Source: Mobula hypostoma (Eukaryota). From it: a DNA stretch of 64,000 nucleotides. A program made the position numbers and the translations under genes. Shown here piece by piece: positions 11,841 to 24,974 of the stretch. The first letter of the stretch is position 1. Each line of letters opens with the position of its first letter. The DNA lies in contig NC_086097.1 of assembly GCF_963921235.1 (NCBI RefSeq), forward strand, positions 214,522,001 to 214,586,000, read 5' to 3'. The notes beneath the pieces are model-generated. The model was not told the DNA's origin, did no database searches, and was given only the letters and a program-made list of their open reading frames with translations.

Positions 11841-13684
11841 AAAATAATAGTTTCAAGTATTATGCATGCAATTTAAGCCCAAATCTTATATGTGCCTGGT
11901 GTTTATGATTCTGAGTTTATCAGTGACATTGAGAAAGATGGAGTTATTGCAGTGGTTCATTGAGGATTATAATAATTTGGACTTCGTTCTCCTGCCTTGA
12001 TCATTTTCTTAACATTGTATGCTGCCTTTTCCTGTGGAAAGGAGAGCTTAACTGTTTGAAATGTAAGTGATTGGAGCAGGGAAGTAAAAGATTGATTAAG
12101 GTTTGATAATAAATATAAAAGCAAGTGCAAAATGTTGTACTTCCCTATTGCTATCACCCTGTTTGGTTGTTCATAAATTAGAAATCAGGGGTGCTGCTCA
12201 GTACTTCTGCATCTAATACATTTCCATGTCTTTGGTTTAATTGTAAAAATTGCAATGCCAGGTGGCTGAGAAGAAGTCTGTACAATTTTTCAGGAATAAT
12301 TATAATGAGTATTCGGGCTGTCGTCTCGGCATGATTTATTCAAACAAAATAAATTGCAGGCACTGAATAGAACAGCATTGTCTGGGGCAGTTTGTAGTGA
12401 TTACTGGTTCATTGTTATCCATTACAGGATAATGAGCACCCAGGGCCAACAATGTCTGCTGGGTTCTTCAAAATGATGAAATGCACAATGCTGTTGTTTC
12501 GAGCAAAAAAATTCAACTTAATAATGCTTAGTAAGAACCAATCTTAGATGAAAATTGTTGCATCTCACTTTTATTAATTGCATAAAAGGCCAGAAATTAT
12601 CTCAAAATCTGCTATAAACTGTGCCTAATAATCACACACTAAATTTTATTTAAAATATTTTAACTAAGTTAAAGATTTTAATTGTACGGTAATTGTAAAA
12701 AAGACCTGAAGTTTTCTTAGGCAAAAAGCTGCTGGAAATCTATATTAGAAGCAGAAAATGTTAATACTGTTTCTTCCTCCACGGATGCTACTTGCTCTGC
12801 AGGCTTTTTCCAGTGTTTTATGCTTTTTTTGTGGTTGTGTATGGGAGAAATTTCTTGGCTTGTTTTGCATGAGTGATTGAAAATGCTCTTTTTTCATTAT
12901 CTCATTATTCAACACTTAGTGGAATGGAGGTTGGGTCTGCATGGTTTTGACCAATATCCTTTCACCCAGACACTAAGATATTTTAGATGGAGGTGGGAAA
13001 TAGTGTCTTGTGTTGTGAATTAAAAGACAGAAATGAAACTTCATTAGAATTTTGACAATGAAGACATAAACAATATTGAATAATAATGATATGATCCAAG
13101 TTCTATCAATAACAGGAATGGTCATTAGAAGAAAATAGCTTTTGTTTTAACTTTGTACGGAATAAAGGTGATCAAAGCATAAAATTAACAAACCTCAATC
13201 AGGAAAAAACACTTTTCCCATTCAGTTAATGCAGTTAAAGTTTACTGATTAGAAAGGAGTTTTATATCTAAGGACAGAATGAACAGTAGTAAGGATATTT
13301 TGGTGGAGATCATTGACAGCCATATGAAGTATGTTTATGAACTGCTACAAAAGATGTGAAGGTTATTTGGATATATAATGTACAATGTAATGTTAGTTTA
13401 TGTGGAATAGAAGGTTAGATAGATTGTCTGGAGCTTTGATTAATTTACTTTGAAGAACAAATGGAAATCACACACAACTTTTTCCAATGTGTGTTATTAA
13501 GAAATATCAAATCTACTTAAAAATGTAGTAAACAAATTCATAAGTGCTACAGTACAAATAAATCCAGTCATCCAAATCACAATTTAAATAGTTGGATTTA
13601 CTCCTGCAAGGTGTGCATCAATACATGAGTTACACAGAAGGAGGAACTTAAATTCAACACAATGGCAATTGAAATTAAATTTAC

Positions 13685-15005
13685 GTGACACAAGCAGGGT
13701 GGACAAAGGAGAGTCAGTGGATGTCATTTACTTGGATTTTCCGAAGGGATTTGTTAAACTTCCACACTTGAGGCTGCTTAACAAAATGAAATCTTGTGGC
13801 ATTACAGGAAGGATACTGGCATGGATAGAGGAATGGCTGACAGGCAGGAGGCAGCAATTGGGAATAAAAGGGGTCTCTTCTGGTTGGCTGCCAATGACTA
13901 GTGGTGTTCCTCCGGGGTTAGTATTGAAACTACTACTTTTCACATTGTTTGTTAAAGATTTGGTTAATGGAATTAATGACTTTGTGGTAAAGTTTGCAAA
14001 TGATACAAAGATAGGTGGAGGGGTAGCTAGTGCTGAGGAAGCAATGTGATTGCAGTAGGACTTAGACAAATTAGAAGAATAGGCAAAAAGTGGCAGATGG
14101 AATACAATATTGGGCAGTGTCTGATAGTGCATTTTGGTAAAAAAAACAATAGTGTGGGCTATTATCTAAATGGGGAGAAGGTTCAAACATCAGAGATGCA
14201 GGGGGACTTTGGAGGCCTCATGCAAGACTCCCAGAAGGTTAATTTATAGGTTGAATCTGTGGTAAAGAAGGCAAATGCAATGTTTGCATTTATTTAAGAC
14301 CATAAGACCATAAGACAAAGGAGCAGAAGTCGGCTATTCGGCCCATCGAGTCTGCTCCGCCATTTTATCATGAGCTGATCCATTCTCTCATTTAGTCCCA
14401 CTCCCCCGCCTTCTCACCATAACCTTTGATGCCCTGGCTACTCAGATACCTATCAATCTCTGCACTTGGAGTATTGTCAACAGTTTTGGGCCCCCTATCT
14501 CAGAAAGGATGTGTTGTCATTGGAGAGAGTCCAGAGGAGTTTCACAAGGATGATTCTGGGTTTAACATATGAGGAGCATTTGACAGTCCTGAGCATGTAC
14601 TCACTGGAATTTAGAAGAATGCGTGGGTATCTCTTTGAAACCTACCAAATGTTGAAAGGACTAGATAGGGTGGATGTGGAGAGGATGTTTCCTATGGTGG
14701 GTGTATCCAGAACTAGAGGGCACTGCTCAAAATTAAGGGCGACCTTTTAGAACAGAGGTAAGGAGGATATCTTTTTTAGTCATAGAGTAGTAAATGTGTG
14801 GAATGCTCTTCCACAGACTGTGATGGAGGTCAAGTCCATGGGTATACCTAAGGGAGAAGTTGATAGTTTCCTGATTGGTCAGGGCATCAAAGGATATGAT
14901 GAGAAGGCAGGTGTATGGGTTTGAGTGGGATCCGGGATCAGCTATAATGGAATGGCGGAGCAGACTCGATGGGCTGAATGGCCTAATTCTGCTCCCATGT
15001 CTTTT
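13685..15005 (+). mobile_element. CR1 LINE RT and 3' end, degenerate
   Basis: VDKGESVDVIYLDF, KFANDTKIGG, EYCQQFWAPYLRKDV..LERVQR, CR1-type 3' UTR. Confidence 0.92.
14295..14463 (-). mobile_element. Young CR1 3' tail fragment nested antisense in older CR1
   Basis: (TAAGACCA)n tail; near-identical to 30059-30228; the host segment normally encoding SRG.EY...LYKALVRP is missing at the site. Confidence 0.85.
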
Positions 15006-15339
15006 GGACTCATGGAGAAAGTCAAATGGAGAAGTTAAAGCATGGATTCCTGGATACATAATGCAGACACAAAAACACCCAAACATAAATGTAATAAAGA
15101 TACTTTTACATATTAATACTGCTCCAGAGAAGTGTTTGTCTAATACATTACAGGACCACAGGTTAAGCTGTTTAAGATTATCCAGGGTACATGAATGCTG
15201 TTGGTACTGTGCAAGAGGGCGGTGAAAGCTAAGTAATCACAGCAGATTGTTCTGGAGTAATGTAAATAGAGGTAAATGACTGAGGGTAGTAGGGAAAGGA
15301 AACAACAATGCCAGGACTCTGAGATACAGAACTCAGCAG

Positions 15340-15705
15340 TAAAATATCTGAAAAAAGGAGAATGCTGGAAATATTCAGCAGAGCAGTCAGCAGCTGTAGA
15401 AAGAGAAAAGACGTTGATGGCCACTTTTGATACAGATGGGAAAGGTTGATATCTGAAATCGTTCGAGTGCTTCAGCACTAACACTTGGACATTCTTGGTC
15501 TTCATCCTAAAGCTGACATTCCCTCTGCTCTCACTGTCACCCTTTCTCTTTCTGCAATTTTAAAACATACTTGCTTTCTTAGTTTCCAAATTCTGATGAA
15601 CTTGTTAAGCAGAACAATTAATTCTCTCCACAGATGCCACTTGACCTATTGATCATCCCAGCATTTAATGGTATTATTTAGATTTTCAGCAGCTGTAGTT
15701 TTGCT
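15340..15705. mobile_element. Old Penelope-like element remnant with inverted termini
   Basis: AATGCTGGAAATATTCAGCAG on the left and CTGATGAA...AGATGCCACTTGACCTATTGA..CCAGCATT on the right, both related to the arms at 38182-38328. Confidence 0.55.
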
Positions 15706-17399
15706 TTTCTATTGGCACCGTCCATTGTTTTAGTTAATCTATGTTTATAATTAATTTAAATTATTATGTTTTTAATTTCCTTTAAGGAGATGCTAAATTG
15801 CCTCCAATATCTGTCAAAGTGTTTGTGACCAGGTTACTCAATTCAAGTTAACAGGTTTTTGAACATATTAGTTGGTTCTTTAAAAAGTGTGTTTCCCCAA
15901 GTTAGATATCTTTTTAAATAACACTGAAGCATTCCTTGTATTAGCATGATCGTATTAAACTGTCTCAAGATTCCTTAGCATATGCTGCTTGCTTCAAGAT
16001 TAACAAATTGGCTTGAGAACAGTGTGAAAATCAGCTGCAATAGATATGTTGGCAAAATATAAAACGCGCTTTCACCATCGCTGTATTGATTGCCTTTGAA
16101 AGTAAACGAGGGAAATTACTTTTAGTAAAACGACAGCTAAGAGCTTCTGTTACAGTAAAAATAAGGACTGAAAACCCGGCACCACACCACTCGACACTAC
16201 TGTTGACCTACAGTACTTTGTATGGGATTGGAAGCTGGGACGGAGAGATAGTAGGATAGAGGCTGAAATGACGAGAGTGTTGGCAAGTGTTCGCAAGTTT
16301 TCTTCAATCAATCTCTGCATCGTCATTCAGGAGCACTGCTTTCACCCTGGGCTATCAGAGTGATCAAATGCATTTTGCTTTAAACGTTGATGCAGGAGAC
16401 AGTGACATTGTTTAAGTGACACAACTAAACAGGATGAATATAGATGAAGAGGCAGTACTGAAAATATGTAAACCTAAAATGGAAAAAAGAAGTCCACTGA
16501 CCAATGCCAGAGGGAATCCGGCCACAGTTATTCAAATGTAATTGAATATGAAAATTATATCAATGGACTGATAAATGCCTATGTTCCAAAGAATAAGCTT
16601 GCAACCTCCAGTCTGGTCTGTGCAACATTGGTCACGGGTATCTGTCCAGAGGCCACAATGCGGTATAAAGCTAATATCTGAAAGAAAACATGGATTAATC
16701 ATAGACAGCCAGGTGTGACAAATTTAATGGGGTTCTTTCAGATAATGCTGGAGGTTATTGGTGCAGAAAATGAATTAGGTGTGTGTACATATATTCAAAA
16801 TGCTCTGATAACGTGACACATGGAAGGTTTGTTGATAAAAATTGGATTGAGTGTATTAAAAGGAATGTTGCAGCAAGGCTTGGTTGCAGAAAAGCTGACA
16901 AATAAGTGTGCTATATAATTTTTTTGAACTGTGTTAATTTGAATAGCACTGACTATTAACTGGAGTCATTCTGGGCCAATTGCTTTATCCAGTATAGGCA
17001 TGAGCTGGGCTTGATACGAGGAACCTGACATACTTCTGGATTTCTGATTTTAATTTTGCTTTTTTTAAAACATAGGGTTGTGTTTAAGTGTAGTATTTTA
17101 AGATTGAAGTATTTGCTGGGGTCCTTTTATTCAAAGAAGGCCACAGTTTGCAGACATATTTATTAAAACCAAATGGGCCTCCATGCAGAATGTTGAAGTA
17201 CACTTTAAATGATAAAGTTTATGGTCTTGTGATGGTGTTAGGTTTGCTGACCCTGAAGTCTGAATTTAAACAAAGGTGTTATGTCCTATTAATATAGATA
17301 GCCACAGCTACCCTCAATAAAGGGGGGGGTTATAATGTACAACCTACTCTTCAAAGACAAGTTCACTTCTCTGTTTATCCTCCATGTCAAGTTTAGCTG

Positions 17400-18262
17400 C
17401 TCAACTTCAAAGTACATTTATTATCAATGTACAGCATACAACCTTGAGCTCTGTCTTCTTGCAGGCAGCCACAAAACAAAGAAGCACCATCAAACCCATT
17501 TAAAAGAAAAGCCCCAAACAAAAGACGTGAAAAAGAACAAATCACTTAAACAGCTGTAAGTGAACAAATAACACACAGGCCATTAAACATCAAACGGCAG
17601 AATCCCCAGGAGTGAGTTTACAGCCATGAGCTGCTGAGGTGAGTGAAGCCAGTCCAGCAGCCAATGGCCACAGCCACTGAGTCAGCACTGTGTCGATGGC
17701 TGCAGGCAACAGCCGCAGATCTAGTTCTGCACCTTGATCAAATCGCACAAAGAGTAAAGTGGGTTCAGCACTGAGGATATTAAACATCAAACGGCAGCTG
17801 GAAGTGAGTATACATCCACGAGCGGCTGAATGTGGGACCCAGGACACCTGTATTTTCTGCCAGCAGAGGCGAGAGGGAACTGGTCAAACCTAGGCAGACA
17901 GCTCCGAACACTCATTCATTTCCTGCTCTCGTCCTCGTTGATTTTAACCCCGCTCGACTTTTCAGTTGGAACAGAGTAATGGAGCCAACCATAGGCTGGC
18001 GTTTTGCCATGAGGTTTCAATTCAGCCACTCCCCAGGGACGGCCGTAGTTGCACTCCACGCCAAATCACACAGGAGATTGCAGAAGCACCAGATGGTTCA
18101 CTCAGCCAAGAAATATATTCTTAAAAAGGGAAATTTCAGGCTGTAATCAATTACAGTTCAGAAGGGGAAGAAAAAGTAAATCTAGAAGAAGAAGCAAATG
18201 CAGTCGTTTCGTAAGCTGCCTGCAGGATGTCACCATTGGCCACTAGTGCCATCTTGCCGGAA
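17400..18262 (-). mobile_element. Non-autonomous AAGATGGC-headed retroelement, family B
   Basis: Minus strand starts TTCCGGCAAGATGGCAC and ends TTGATAATAAATGTACTTTGAAGTTGAG; shares GGGAAATTWCAGGCTGT and the tail with 43312-44100. Confidence 0.7.
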
Positions 18263-19089
18263 CACCCACTATTTGGGTGGTGGGTCACCCTAGCTTATCA
18301 AGAATGCCAACAAAGTAGCTTAAACACAGTTCATTTATTTTTAGTAATACACATTTAAATCCAAACAACAATCTTAAAACACATTTAAAACTCAGAGGAT
18401 TCCAATATTATAAAATACTTTCGAATTACATGCTATTTCTAAAACACAAAGGATTTCCAAAACACAGGTACAGTTCTGTTAAGCTAAAAAGACATACCCA
18501 CGAGCTGCAGATGATTGAATCATCCATCACAGAAATCGAAAGCAGAGGAATGGATTCTAGTTTGTGCCATCTTTCTGTCATTCTTCTTGTTGTTGCTGGA
18601 CCATTCCTAAAGGGCCTGCCTGTTCTCTTACATTTATGCCATTTTTTGCCACTTGGATAACTTCACACACGATATTTTTCATTCAGTGGTCTTAAAGCTT
18701 CCGGAGACAGGGCTCCCGGATTCCCACAGTTAATGCTATGAAGCTGACTCTTTGAGCACACAGATTTTCCAACTATTAATCAATCAGCTATTTGATTTGC
18801 TAAGTGATAGTATCAATCCGGTCTGCAGGGTTCCTTGAACTAAGTAACTTAGCTAGCACTGTCTGTTTGAAACAAGCCAAATTAAATAATCCCATTGTTT
18901 TACACTGCATCTCTTGAGCAGTTAGCCCAGGAGCTATGGGACAGCAAGTCTGCTCTACAGAAAGTACTTGTTTCAAAGGTGGCCTTTTAAATTCAAACTG
19001 ATTACTGCTTGCTATTTATATGAAGAACTGAAGACTGGTTCTCATTTCTGACAAGAAGCTAAATAAAGACTTATCTCATTCTCCAATTA

Positions 19090-19547
19090 GGGAATAAATC
19101 AGGGCAGGCGACAGAAGTTTGTGTAGGGAAACACTTTGCAACTAGTGATCATAAAGTTATTAGACTCAAGGTAATTATGGAAAAGGATAGGTCTGGTCCT
19201 TGGGTTGAGATTCTAAATTGGATGAAAGCCAATTTTCATGGTATCAGAAAGGAAAAGGCAAATGTGAATTGGGACGGCTGTTTTCTGGCAAAGATGTACT
19301 TCGTAAGTGGGAGGCCTTCAGAAGTGAAATTTTGAGAGTACAGTTTGTATGTACTCTCAAAGCCAGGAAATTATAGGCTAGTGAGCCTGACATCAGTAGT
19401 GGGAAAGTTATTGGAAGATATTCTAAGGATGAGATATATGAGTATTTGGATAGACAAGGACTGATTAGGGATAGTGAACATAGCTTTGCGTGTGGTAAAT
19501 CATGTCTAACCAGTCTTATAGAAATCTTTGAGGAAGTTACCAGGAAA
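19090..19547 (+). mobile_element. CR1 LINE fragment (endonuclease end to RT start), deleted
   Basis: SDHKVI-like motif, PGNYR, GLIRDSEHSFACGKSCLTSLIEIFEEVT. Confidence 0.8.
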
Positions 19548-20428
19548 GCAACTTCCTCCACCACCATCGCTGGCAGCCCATTTCATGCAGTCGCCACTCT
19601 CTGCGTAAAAAAAATTTCCCCTAATATCTTCTCTGTACCTACTTCCAAGCACCTTAAAACTGTGCCCTCTCGTGATAGCCATTTCAGCCCTGGGGAAAAG
19701 TGTCTGACTATCCACACGATCAATGCCTCTCATCATCTTATACACCTCTGTCAGGTCACCTCTCATCCTCAATTGCTCCAAGGAGAAAAGGCCAAGTTCA
19801 CTCAACCTATTCTCGTAAGGCATGCTCCCCAATCCAGGCAACATCCTTGTAAATCTTCTCTGCACCCTTTCTGTAGTTTCCACATCCTTTCTGTAGTGAG
19901 GCGACCAGAACTGAGCACAGTACTCCAAGCGGGGTCTGACCAGGGTCATATAGCTGTAAAATTACCTCTCGGCTATTAAACGCAATCCCACAGTTGATGA
20001 AGGCCAATGCATCGTATACCTTCTTAACATAGAGTCAACCTACGCAGCAGCTTTGAATGTCCTATGGACTCAGACCCCAAGATCCCTCTGATCCTCCACA
20101 CTGCCAAGAGTCTTACCATTAATACTATGTTCTGCCATCATATTTGATCTACCTAAATGAACCACCTCACACTTATCTGGATTGAACTCCATCTGCCACT
20201 TCTCAGCCCAGTTATGCATCCTATCGATGCCCCGCTGTAACCTCTGACAGCCTTCCACACCATCCACAACACCCCCAACCTTTGTGTCATCAGCAAATTT
20301 ACTAACCTATCCCTCCACTTGCTCATCCAGGTCATTTATAAAAATCACAAAGTGTAGGGGTCCCAGAACAAATCCCTGAGGCACACCACTGGTCACCAAC
20401 CTCCATGCAGAATATGACCTGTCTACAA
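19548..20428 (-). mobile_element. CR1 LINE RT C-terminal fragment
   Basis: SGVPQG, KFADDTKVGG, WAEKWQMEFNPDKCEV, LVRPRLEYCAQFWSPHYRKDV. Confidence 0.93.
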
Positions 20429-20429
20429 C

Positions 20430-20685
20430 CAGGGGGAATTGTTTTAAGGTGCAAGGGAAAAATGTTTAAAGGAGATTTGTGAGCTAGGTTTCTACACAGA
20501 GGATGGTAGGAGCCAGGAATGCACTGCCAAATGTGCTGATGATAGTGATATTTTAAGAAGCATTTAAACAGACCTATAAACAAATAGGGAATAGAGAGAC
20601 AACATGCAGGCAGGTGGAATTAGTTTAGTTGTCATCATAGTGACTCAAAGGGTTTGATCTTGTGCTATACTTCTTCAGTGTTTGT
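20430..20685 (+). mobile_element. CR1 3' fragment, old
   Basis: TTTAAGGTG..GGGAAAAATGTTTAAAGGAGAT...ACACAGAGGATGGTAGG..CCAGGAATGCACTGCC. Confidence 0.7.
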
Positions 20686-20873
20686 ATGTTTCAATGTAAT
20701 TTAATGATGGACGCAGATTTCTCTGCAGTTTGCAGGAAATACTCTTCCTTTGGTGTAGTCCATGAGTATTCATCCCTGCAGCCAAAAAATGTGCATTTGA
20801 TTAAATGAGAACTAGATACTCGCTCTTCTGCTGGTCCTATAAATCCTGACATCAGATCACACCAAGCAGTATA

Positions 20874-22476
20874 CAGTGCCTATAAAAAGTATTCACTCCC
20901 TTGCAAGTTTTCATGTTTTATTGTTTTACAACATTGAATCACAGTGGATTTAATTTGGCTTTTTTGACACTGATCAACAGAAAAAGACTTCTTGTGTCAA
21001 AGTGAAAACAAATTTCTACAAATTGGCCTAAATTTATTACAATTATTCAACACAAAATAATTGATTGCTTAATTACACACCCTCTTCAAGACAGTATTTA
21101 GTAGATGCACCTTTGGCAGCATTTACAGCCTTGAGTCTGTGTGGATAGGTCTCTATCAGCTTTGCACATCTGGACACTGCAATTTTGCCTCATTCTTCTT
21201 TACAAGACTGCTGAAGCTCTGTCAGATTGCGGAGGGATCGTGAGTGAACACCCCTTTTCAAGTCCAGCCACAAATTCTCAATTGGATTGGGGTCTGGACT
21301 CTGACGTAGCCATTCCAGTTCACTAACTTTGGTGTTTGTAAGCCATTCCTTTGTAGTTTTGGCTTTAAGCTTGGGGTCATTGTCTTGCTGAAATAGAAAT
21401 CTCCCAAGTTGTAGTTCTCTTGCAGACTGCATCAGGTTTTCCTCCAGGATTCCCCTATATTTAGCTGCATTCATTTTACCCTCTACTTTCACAAACTTTA
21501 CAGGACCTGCTGCACTGAAGATGCAGTCACCACCGTGCTTCATGGTAGGGGTGGTGCGTTTTTGATGATGTGCGGGGTTTGTCTTACACTAAGCATAGTG
21601 TTTAGTGTGCTGGCTAAAAAGCTCAATTTTGGTTTCATCAGACCATAGAACCTTCTTCCAGCTGACTTCAGAGTCTCCCACATGCCTACTGGCAATTTCT
21701 AGCTGAGTTTTTATGTGAGTTTTTTTCAAAAAATGGCTCTGCCTCTCTCTCATAAAACTACAACTGGTGAAGCACCCAGGCAATAGCTGTTGTATGCGCA
21801 GTCTCTTCTATCTCAGTCACTGAAGCTTATAACCGCTCCAGAGTTGTCATAGGTCTCTTAGAGGCCTCTCTCACTAGTCCCCTTCTTGCATGGTCACTCA
21901 GTTTTCGAGGAAAGCCTGTTCTAGGCAGATTTACAGCTGTGCTGTATTCTTTTCATTTCTTGTTGATTGACTTAACTGTACTCCGAGCGATATTCAGTGA
22001 CTTGGAAACTTTCTTGTATTCATCTTCTGACTTGTGGTTTTCAATAAGCTTTTGAGGAGTTGCTTGGAGTGTTCTTTTGTCTTCATGGTGTAGTTTTTAC
22101 CAAGATACTGACTCACCAGCAATTGGACTTCCCAGATACAGGTGTATTGTTACTACATTCAATTGACTGCACACGGTGGTCTCTATTCAATTAATTATGT
22201 GACTTCTACAGCCAGTTGGCTGCACCAGTGATGATTTGGTGTGTCATATTAATAGGGGTGGGGTGAATACCTCTGCAGTCAATTATTTTGTGTTTTATAA
22301 TTGTAATTAATTTAGATCACTTTGTAGAGATCTGTTTGACATGAGTCTTTTTCTGTTGATCAATGTCAAAAAAGCCAAGTTAAATCCACTGTGATTCAGT
22401 GTTGTAAAACAACAAAACCTGAAAACTTCCAGGTGGGGCTGGTAGGTGAGAGGGTGAATACTTTTTGTATGTACTG
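20874..22476 (-). mobile_element. Tc1/mariner DNA transposon, full length, inactive
   Basis: TA|CAGTGCCTATAAAAAGTATTCAC left end and GTGAATACTTTTTGTATGTACTG right end; ~200-bp imperfect TIRs; internal transposase. Confidence 0.95.
21085..22086 (-). pseudogene. Tc1 transposase pseudogene (DD34E)
   Basis: Starts MKTKEHSKQL; WKKVLWSDETKIELF; FQQDNDPK...SPDPNPIENLW with 34 residues between D and E; broken into several frames. Confidence 0.92.
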
Positions 22477-22798
22477 CATTTCTTTCAGCTAGTCCATCTG
22501 TGGGAAATATTGACAATAGGAACCAAGGTGGCGTGGAGCCAGGAGGAAGACAGGAATGAGAAGAGTAGGGGTTGAAGTTGCAGGAGGGAGGGACGGCCCA
22601 TGACTATTGACTGTTAGTCATGACTCCCAAGTAGATAATAAAATTGCTTCTGCTTGGCTCCCTTGCTGTAGGCATGATTCCACAGAATTGATAGAGATAG
22701 AAAACAATTGTGAATGGCAAACAATTTGAAATCATAAATAACAGCTTTTATTTTTGGGTGATATTTCACTTGCTAAACACGTCCATACACATCTTTAC

Positions 22799-22877
22799 CA
22801 GTGGTAATTGTTCCAGCGATTCCTTCGGGCAGAGTTGCAAATGCAGCTCCTTCTGGTCTCTTTAGTTCAAAATCAAT
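22799..22877 (-). CDS. Candidate internal exon of an unidentified gene (IDFELKRPEGAAFATLPEGIAGTITT)
   Basis: Acceptor ctccatctttcccatAG with CTAAT branch-like motif ~33 nt upstream, donor CTG|GTAAAG, 79 nt, only phase 0 open, non-repetitive context. Confidence 0.4.
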
Positions 22878-24379
22878 CTATGGGAAAGATGGAGTGCGAC
22901 TTCAGTACATTAGTGAGCTGCTTAGCGCTGGAGTATAAACATTGTTGGTAGATTAGAAGGCAAATAGGTTTGCAAGGATCTGTGGATCTTGTTCATAAAT
23001 CTCACTGGTCAATTGTGCATCCACTAACTAAGATTCAAACAAATAACATAAGGTTTCAAAAGAAAATGAATACAGCAGATAGAAAGGAAATGGAAAGTGT
23101 AGATGTTTAAAATAGCATGTTTTACAGCAATAACACTGATCGATGTGGATCTGTAGACTGCAATAACAGCCTGATTCTTTGTATCATTTTATCATTGCAA
23201 TTATTTTTTTTCTCACTCAGGCAACTCTGAGTATTGGAAAATGAGTCATCTGTGAAATGTGAAGCAGTCACGCTACTTGTTCAGCATTATAAATCCATTG
23301 CAATACTTGAGATAAAATACCATATCTCAAAATGAAGATTGGGTCAGGTAATGAGAGCTGTTAAGTGTTATGTCTTTTCAACTAATATAAAGTAGTCAAT
23401 CTGGCAAAGAGGTTACACATTTTAAATGAGCAAGTGGTTGTATAGATTAATATACAGGCAGGATTTTGGTGATGTTGGTTGGTATTCATTGACTGAAAAG
23501 TTGCAGTACACCATCAAGGGGGCTCTTTAAAGTTGTAGAACAGAGTGCCAATGATCTGTTCTGGAGGAGGGCTTGAAGGACAGAACTTAGGTCCAGTGAG
23601 GTAGTAGAATAGACTGCTGATTAGAAGTGGCGCCAGGAAATGGGGGTAATGATGGGTCAAGGCATATTTGGGATCAGAGCTTCATAGTCAAGGTGTCACT
23701 AGAATTAAAGTTGATGGAGTTGATCAGAGGGGGAAAGGGGGCTAATTGTGAGCATTGGGACCTGAGTAGTGAGGGAACAGTCAAAGTCAAGATCAAGGTG
23801 CAGCATTAGTTGAGTGGGGGGGGGGGAGGGGAATGGCCGTCCTCAGCTTGTTGCTTGGAGGAGGGAGCTGAGCCAATCTAGTGGCCAGGGAAGAATTGTT
23901 GAGATAACTGGGTAGTGAGTATGGTTGGGATCATGGAGAGGGAGGCCTTGAGGGATTGGAAGTGAATACGCAACTTAAATTTATGGTATGTTAGTCTGCT
24001 ACTATGATGTAAACATACAGTTATCTCTGAAGTGACTAACTGTGATCACACTTGGGACCTGATTGAGATATGACACCAATTAATGTGATTGAAATCACAC
24101 ACAATGTGCAACTTGAACTCTCTTTGGAATGTGGTTGAAAAACTTTCTAAAGTAATTTGAAAAAACTGGGAATCATCATGATTATGCATCATTATTTCCG
24201 GCCAGGTAATTTAGTCACTGGGTGTCAGCTTTAAGCACATTCAGATCTATGAAAAGCAGAGTTAGGCATGCTTTTAGCCCTGCATTTAACTATTTGGCAT
24301 TTCTAACTTTCATCAACATAAATCAGCTTATGATCTTTATGAAATAGTTTCCGAAGGTGCTAATTAGGACTGAATTAGA

Positions 24380-24750
24380 GGAAATTTTGCACTGTTGCAA
24401 TAAGACGTCATGAATATCACCAATTACCAGTAGTTCATAAGGCTGCAAAGAGGAACTGACAATGTGTCTATTTTAGTAAGATGGAACTGAGAAGTAGAGA
24501 AATTATGCTCAGCTTGTACTGAAAGGCAGTAAGACTAGACTAGAATATCTCTGGTTGTTTTAAATTGGAGAATGTGCACAAACTATTTGCAAGAATGATA
24601 TCAGAACTTCAAGGCTAAACTGAGAAAGGATAAATAGACTGGATCTCTTTCCTCTAGAAGAGGTGTGACCTGATATAAATCTTTAAAATAGTGAAAGGTT
24701 TTGACTGAGTGAATGATGGAAGGGATTTTTTTTTTCTGAACGGATAAACT
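24380..24750 (+). mobile_element. Old CR1 fragment (continues at about 27285-27345)
   Basis: Decayed ...GCTCAGCTTGTAC...AGACTAGAATAT..., resumes with CAGAGAGTGGTGAAAATGTGGAACTC after the Tc1-derived element. Confidence 0.6.
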
Positions 24751-24974
24751 AATGGGATTTAAATCGGGGTTGTCGTGAGTTGCTGGGGTGGTGCGGTTTG
24801 AAAGGCTGGAAGTACCTAATCTATGCTGTGACTAAATTATTAAATAATAATTAATAATAATACTCCCTGTACCTAATAAAGCGGCCATCAAGTGTATGTC
24901 CGTGGTCTTCTGCTGTAGCCCATCCATTTCAAGGTTTGCCATGTTGTGCAATCAGAGATGCTCTTCTGCACATT

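Noticed and set aside
23221..23347. Plus-strand exon-like segment with strong acceptor and CAG|GTAATG donor
   Set aside because: Stops in all three frames; at most non-coding, and shows pseudo-exons arise by chance here.
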